A program made the position numbers and the translations under genes. DNA of 64,000 nt from Squalus acanthias. Taxonomy: Eukaryota. The notes below the pieces were generated by a model. The model was not told where the DNA came from and ran no database searches. It worked only from the letters and a program-made list of their open reading frames with translations. Location: positions 72,790,001 through 72,854,000 of the forward strand of contig CM059432.1 in NCBI GenBank assembly GCA_030390025.1. The letters run 5' to 3'. Below, in pieces: positions 1 to 64,000 of the stretch. Every line of letters starts with the position of its first letter. Within the stretch, counting starts at the first letter, position 1.

Positions 1-1003
1 CCAGCACCGATCCCTGCGGTACACCACTGGACACAGGCTTCCAGTCACAAAAACAACCTTCGACCATCACCCTCTGCCTCCTGCCACTAAGCCAATTTTG
101 GATCCAATGTGCCAAATTGCCTTGGATCCCATGGGCTCTTACCTTCTTGACCAGTCTCCCATGCGGGACTTTGTCAAAAGCCTTACTGAAGTCCATGTAG
201 ACTACATCAACTGCACTACACTCATCCACACACCTAGTCACCCCCTCGAAAAATTCAATCAAATTGGTTAGACATGATCTCCCCCTGACAAAGCCATGCT
301 GACTATCCTTGATTAATCCTTGCCTCTCCAAGTGGAGACTAACTCTGTCCCTCAGAATTTTTTCCAATAATTTCCCTACCACTGATGTTAGGCTTACTGG
401 CCTGTAATTCCCTGGTTTATCCCTACTACCCTTCTTGAATAATGGTACTACGTTAGCTGTTCTCCAGTCCTCTGGCACCTCCCCCGTGGCCAGAGAGGTT
501 CTGAAAATTTGTGTCAGAGCCCCTGCAATCTCCTCCCTTGCCTCACACAGCAGCCTGGGATACATCTCGTCAGGGCCTGGGGATTTATCCACTTTTAAGC
601 CCGCTAAAACTGCTAGTACCTCCTCCCTCTCAATACTAATTTGTTCAAGTATATCACAATCCCCCTGCCTGATTTCTATGCCTACATCATCCTTCTCCAT
701 AGTGAACACAGATGCAAAATATTTATTTAAAACCTCATCCACATCTTCCGGCTCGACACACAGATTGCCACTTTGGTCCCTAATGGGCCCTACTCTTTCC
801 CTGGTTATCCTCTTGCCCTTAATATACTTATAAAACACCTTGGGATTTTCCTTTATTTTGCCCGCCAGTGTTTTTTCATGCCCCCTCTTCGCTCTCCTAA
901 TTTCTTTTTTAAGTACCCCCCTTCACTTTCTATACTCCTCTAGGGCTTCCACTGTTTTTAGTTCTTTGTATCTGCCAAAAGCCTCCCTTTTTTTCCTAAT
1001 CCA
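1..1003 (-). mobile_element. CR1 LINE ORF2 (RT region) fragment, runs off window
   Basis: Minus-strand DVVYMDFSKAFDKVPH, KSPGPD and [13 protein letters not shown] motifs. Confidence 0.88.
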
Positions 1004-1296
1004 TTGGTCTTGACTGGTATTCTTGAAAACTAATTCCACAACCAACTATGATAGCTACCTATGTTAGAGAAATCTATCTGACCCGGAATGGTGTTGGTGT
1101 TTTATTTAGATTTGGACTGTGTCCAATTTCAAAAGCTGGGAATTTATTTGGAGCTACTATCATTATATTGCCAAAATTACCAATGATAAATCCCACAACA
1201 GAATTTGAACTTGTGACACTGAAACATCTTGGATATTGAGGCTTTATAAATTGGTTAATTCCAATGCAGAAAGGCTTTTTCATTTTTCTTTTTTAA

Positions 1297-2287
1297 AATC
1301 ATAGAAAGTTACAGCATGGAAGGAGGCCATTTCGGCCCATCGTGTCTGCGCCGGCCAACAAAGAGCTATCCAGCCTAATCCCACTTCCCAGCTCTTGGTC
1401 CGTAGCCCTGCAGGTTAGAGCATCCCAAGTGCACATCCAAGTACTTTTTAAATGTGGTTAGGGTTCCTGCCTCTCCCATCCTTTCAGGCAATGAGTTCCA
1501 GACCCCCACAATCCTCTGGGTGAAGAAATTTCCCCTCAAATCCCCTCTGAACCTTCCCCCAATTACTTTAAATCTGTGCCCCCTGGTTTTTGACCCCTCT
1601 GCTAAGGGAAATAGGTCCTTTCCATCCACTTTATCTATGCCCCTCATAATTTTATACACCTCAATAAGGTCTCCCCTCAGCCTCCTCTGTTCCAAGGAAA
1701 ACAGACCCAGCCTACCCAGTCTTTCCTCATAGCTAAGATTCTCTACTCCCAGCAACATCCTTGTAAATCTCCTCTGTACCCTCTGTAGTGCAATCACATC
1801 TTTCCTGTAATGTGGTGACCAGAACTGCACGCAGTACTCTAGCTGAGGCCTAACTACTGTTTTATACAGTTGAAGCATAACCCCCCTGCTCTTGTATTCT
1901 ATGCCACAGCTAATAAAGGCAAGCATTCCGTATGCCTCCTTAACCTTATCTACCTGGCCTGCTACCTTCAGGGATCTGTGGACATGCATTCCAAGGTCCC
2001 TTTGTTCCTCTACACTACTCAGTCTCCTCCCATTTAATGTGTATTCCCTTTCCTTGTTAGCCCTCCCCAAATGCATTACCTCACACTTCTCCGGATTGAA
2101 TTCCATTTGCCACTGTTCTGCCCACCTGACCAATTTATTGATATCTTCCTGCAGTCTACAGCTTCCTTCTTCAGTATCAACCACACAGCCGATTTTAGTA
2201 TAATCTGCAAACTTCTTAATCATACCCCCTATATTCAAGTCTAGATCATTGATATATACCACAAAAAGCAAGGGACCTAGTACTGAA
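1297..2287 (-). mobile_element. CR1 LINE 3' fragment (RT C-terminus + 3' tail)
   Basis: ORF 1375-2331: SVLGPLLFVVYINDL, KFADYTK, LEYCVQFWSP, GHRFK; CR1 tail. Confidence 0.92.
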
Positions 2288-2380
2288 TAAAGACCCTGAT
2301 GCAGATTATAGAAGGGAAAAAAACTAGACACTGAGGGAGGAGTTATGAAATGTAGTAACGGAAATGATTACATGACTTCA

Positions 2381-60964
<58,584 letters not shown>

Positions 60965-61050
60965 CTGTGATATAAAAAATAAATGTGAACCAGGGCACCA
61001 CAAAAAATTAATTTCCCACTTCCAAACACCAAAGCTATATATTTAGGTTA

Positions 61051-62770
61051 AAAACAGAAAATGCTGGAGATACTCAGCAGGTCAGGCAGCATCCGTGAAG
61101 AGAGAAACAGAATTAATGTTTCAGGTCGATGACCTTGCGTCAGAACTGGAAAAAAGCAGGAAATGGAACAGATTTTTAAGCAAGTGTAGGGGTTGGGAAA
61201 GGGGGGAGGGGATGAAAGAACAAAGGGGAAGGTCTGTGATAGGATGGAAGGCAGGAGAGGTTAAGAGACATTAAGAGATATTCAAGGCAAAAGGAGATGG
61301 TAATGAGACAGGTTAAGAAACAAAGGCTGGCTCTAGATGAAGTGTAAATTGCGCTGGCAGAATGAAAGACAGCTGCCATGTGGGAGAGAAGAACAGACAC
61401 AAACAAAAGGTGTGGATCAAAAATACATATATGTTAGGGGCCGAGGTTATGATCTGAAATTGTTGAACTCTATGTTGAGTCCAGAAGTGCCTAATCGAAA
61501 GATGAGGTGCTGTTCCTCGAGCTTACGCTGAGCTTCAGTGGAACAATGCAAGAGGCCGAGGACGGTGAGGTCTGAGTGGGAGTGGAGCGGAGAATTAAAG
61601 TGACAGGCGACCGGAAGCTCGGGGTCCCCCTTACGGACTGAATGGAGGTGTTCCGCAAAGCGGTCACCCAATCTGCGTTTGGTCTCCCCAATGTAGAGGA
61701 GACCACATCGTGAGCAGCGAATACAGTATACTAAATTGCAAGAAGTACAAGTAAATCGCTGTTTCACCTGGAAGGGGTGTTTGGGGCCCTGGACAGTGGG
61801 AAGGTATAAGGGCATGTGTTGCATCTCCTGCGCTTGCACGGGAAGGTGTCGGGCGAAGGGGAAGGGGTGTTGGGGGTGATAGAGGAGTGGACCAGGGTGT
61901 CGCGGAGGGAACGGTCCCTTCGGAATGCTGAAAGGGGAGGTGAGGGGAAGATGTGTTTGGTGGTGGGATCACGCTGGAGGTGGCGGAAATGGCGGAGGAT
62001 GATCCGTTGAATGTGGAGGCTGGTGGGGTGAAAGGTGAGGACAAGGGGAACTCTATCCTGGTTCCGGGAGGGAGGGGCAGGGGTGAGGGCAGAAGTGCGG
62101 GGGATAGAACGGACACGGTTGAGGGCCGTGTCAACCACAGTAGAGGGGAATCCTCGGTTGAGGAAAAAGGAAGACATGTCGGAAGCACTGGTATGGAAGG
62201 TGGCATCATCAGAGCAGATGCGGCGGAGACGGAGAAACTGGGAGAATGGAACAGAGTCCTTACAGGAGGCGGGGTGGGAGCAAGTGTAGTCCAGGTAGCT
62301 GTGGGAGTCAGTGGGCTTGTAGTGAATGTTTGTCAATAACCTATCCCCAGAGATGGAGACAGAGAAGTCACCTTTTGTTTGTGTCTTTTCTTCTCTCCCA
62401 CTTGGCAGCTGTCTTTCATTCTGCCAGCGCAATTTACACTTCATCTAGAGCCAGCCTTTGTTTCTTAACCTGTTCCATCACCATCTCCTTTTGCCTTGAA
62501 TATCTCTCAATGTCTCTTAACCTCTCCTGCCTTCTATCCCATCACAGACCTTCCCTTTTGTTCTTTCATCCCCTCCTCCCTTTCCCAACCCCTACACTTG
62601 CTTAAAAATCTGTTCCATTTCCTGCTTTTTTCCAGTTCTGACGCAAGGTCATCGACCTGAAACGTTAACTCTGTTTCTCTCTTCACAGATGCTGCCTGAC
62701 CTGCTGAGTATCTCCAGCATTTTCTGCTTTTATTTCAGATTTCCAGCATCTGCAATATTTTCTTTTTATT
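61051..62770 (-). mobile_element. Penelope-like retroelement (RT C-term + GIY-YIG) with inverted terminal repeat; 11-bp TSD
   Basis: HYKPTDSHSYL, PFSQFLRLRRICS, CKRRRCNTC, LVYCIRCSRCGLLYIGETKRRLGDRFAEH; arms ~61053-61410/62368-62727; TATTTAGGTTA at 61040-61050 and 62771-62781. Confidence 0.93.
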
Positions 62771-63761
62771 TATTTAGGTTATTGCTTAGTAGATATTAAG
62801 AGGAACAGCCATAAGATTTATACACAATATATTTACACACTAGGTCACAGCAGCTTTTAAATAAAACATATACAAAATACTGCATTCAGGAACCATGTAG
62901 CCTTAACATTACAGAACTAAAACGGCTGTCCCTCAGACACACAGGCATGTGCGCAATAGAATATATCATAATGCATACACAACAAAATATAAAATGAGAA
63001 AATTCTACCAACAAGCCAAGCATATATACAACATATAGCAATTTACTTCAGAAAACAAAGAATTGCACCAAAACATTAAGACTGACTATTTAAAAACTCT
63101 TCTGAAAGTAAAACATTGGCTCTAAATTTCCTGGGAAGGTTAACGTAAATACGGCACATGAGCGGAGTTATGCCGTTTCCCCCCACCGCCCGCAGAAATT
63201 TCCGCGCAAGTGACTTACTATATTCTTACACTGAAACATCGATACGTGCGAATTTTCTCAATCATTTGTGCTGTTCCCAAGTTACACCCACTGAAACCCA
63301 ACTTAGCTGATTAACATTGCTCCGCCCCCAAGCAAAAGACCAGAGAACATAAGTTTCCTGCATTCACGCCAGTTCTGAACAGCATAAAGTTACACCCAAT
63401 ATTTTAGGCGCATCAGGATCCAAAGACACTATTTCTGTTGTTTTAAAGCGATTTTTTGATTTTTCTTTAATGAGACCGGCAAAGTATTTTCTATACCCTT
63501 GAATGCTTTTTTATTGCATCAGCATCTGATGCATTAAAAAGAGAAAAGCTACACCTGTGTTTTTTTTTTAAAACATACTGTGCTTAATGTGCATGAATGA
63601 TGGTTTGATAGCTTCAAACTTTAATTTTCATATCACTAAGATTAAAAGGGACTTAAAGAAGGAAAATGGCATATATCCCACACTTTCCTTGAGCCCCAAT
63701 TGCTTGCGCTGATTTTCACTTGTTTTACATCAGTCTTTACATTCTGCTGTAAGCTAATACG

Positions 63762-63897
63762 AGTCACAGAATCATAGAAATTTAAGGCACAGAAGCAGGC
63801 CATTCGGCCCAACGTGTCCACACCGGTAGAAAAAGAGCTATCCAGCTTAATCCCACTTTCCAGCTCTTGGTCCGTAGCCTTGCAGCTTACGGCACCG
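63762..63897 (-). mobile_element. CR1 3' tail inserted in a probable MITE (63117 to window end)
   Basis: agaatcatagaa...ggccattcggccc...cccactttccagctcttggtccgtagcc. Confidence 0.7.
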
Positions 63898-64000
63898 CTC
63901 AAGAAATTTTTGTGCAAGTTGCTGTCAGCAAGATCGGCATAGAAACCAGGATAAATTTTGGTGCAAGTCGGATCGAGAAAATTACGGCTCAACGTTTCCT

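Noticed and set aside
1004..1296. Search for the final NSMAF exon
   Set aside because: No GAVTC...GGEDRQ-like translation found between the CR1 copies; it probably lies before position 1.
62782..64000. Search for NSMAF exon 1 and promoter
   Set aside because: No ATG-bearing exon ending in a phase-2 donor with a FAN-like N-terminus was seen; it probably lies beyond the window.

Overview
Eukaryotic genomic DNA, most likely from a cartilaginous fish: it carries HE1-type and SacSINE1/Deu-type SINEs, CR1/L2 LINEs and GC-rich Harbinger MITEs typical of sharks. The window lies inside one minus-strand gene, NSMAF (FAN; GRAM/PH-BEACH-WD40). I traced 29 consecutive coding exons (equivalent to human exons 2-30, 60964 down to 2485). 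All have GT-AG boundaries and consistent phases, and together they give 2612 nt of uninterrupted reading frame. The first and last coding exons appear to lie outside the window. The introns are packed with transposons: nested CR1s, L2 3' ends, an RTE relic, fold-back Penelope-like elements with clean TSDs, a pogo/Tigger-type MITE, and a decayed two-gene Harbinger (transposase plus an intron-containing Myb/SANT gene) with MITEs that share its terminus. I found no convincing wholly new system. The most interesting unexplained structure is an inverted copy of the exon-5 donor region in intron 3, which could loop out the in-frame exon 4+5 pair. Repeat family names come from recognition of motifs, not from a database search.
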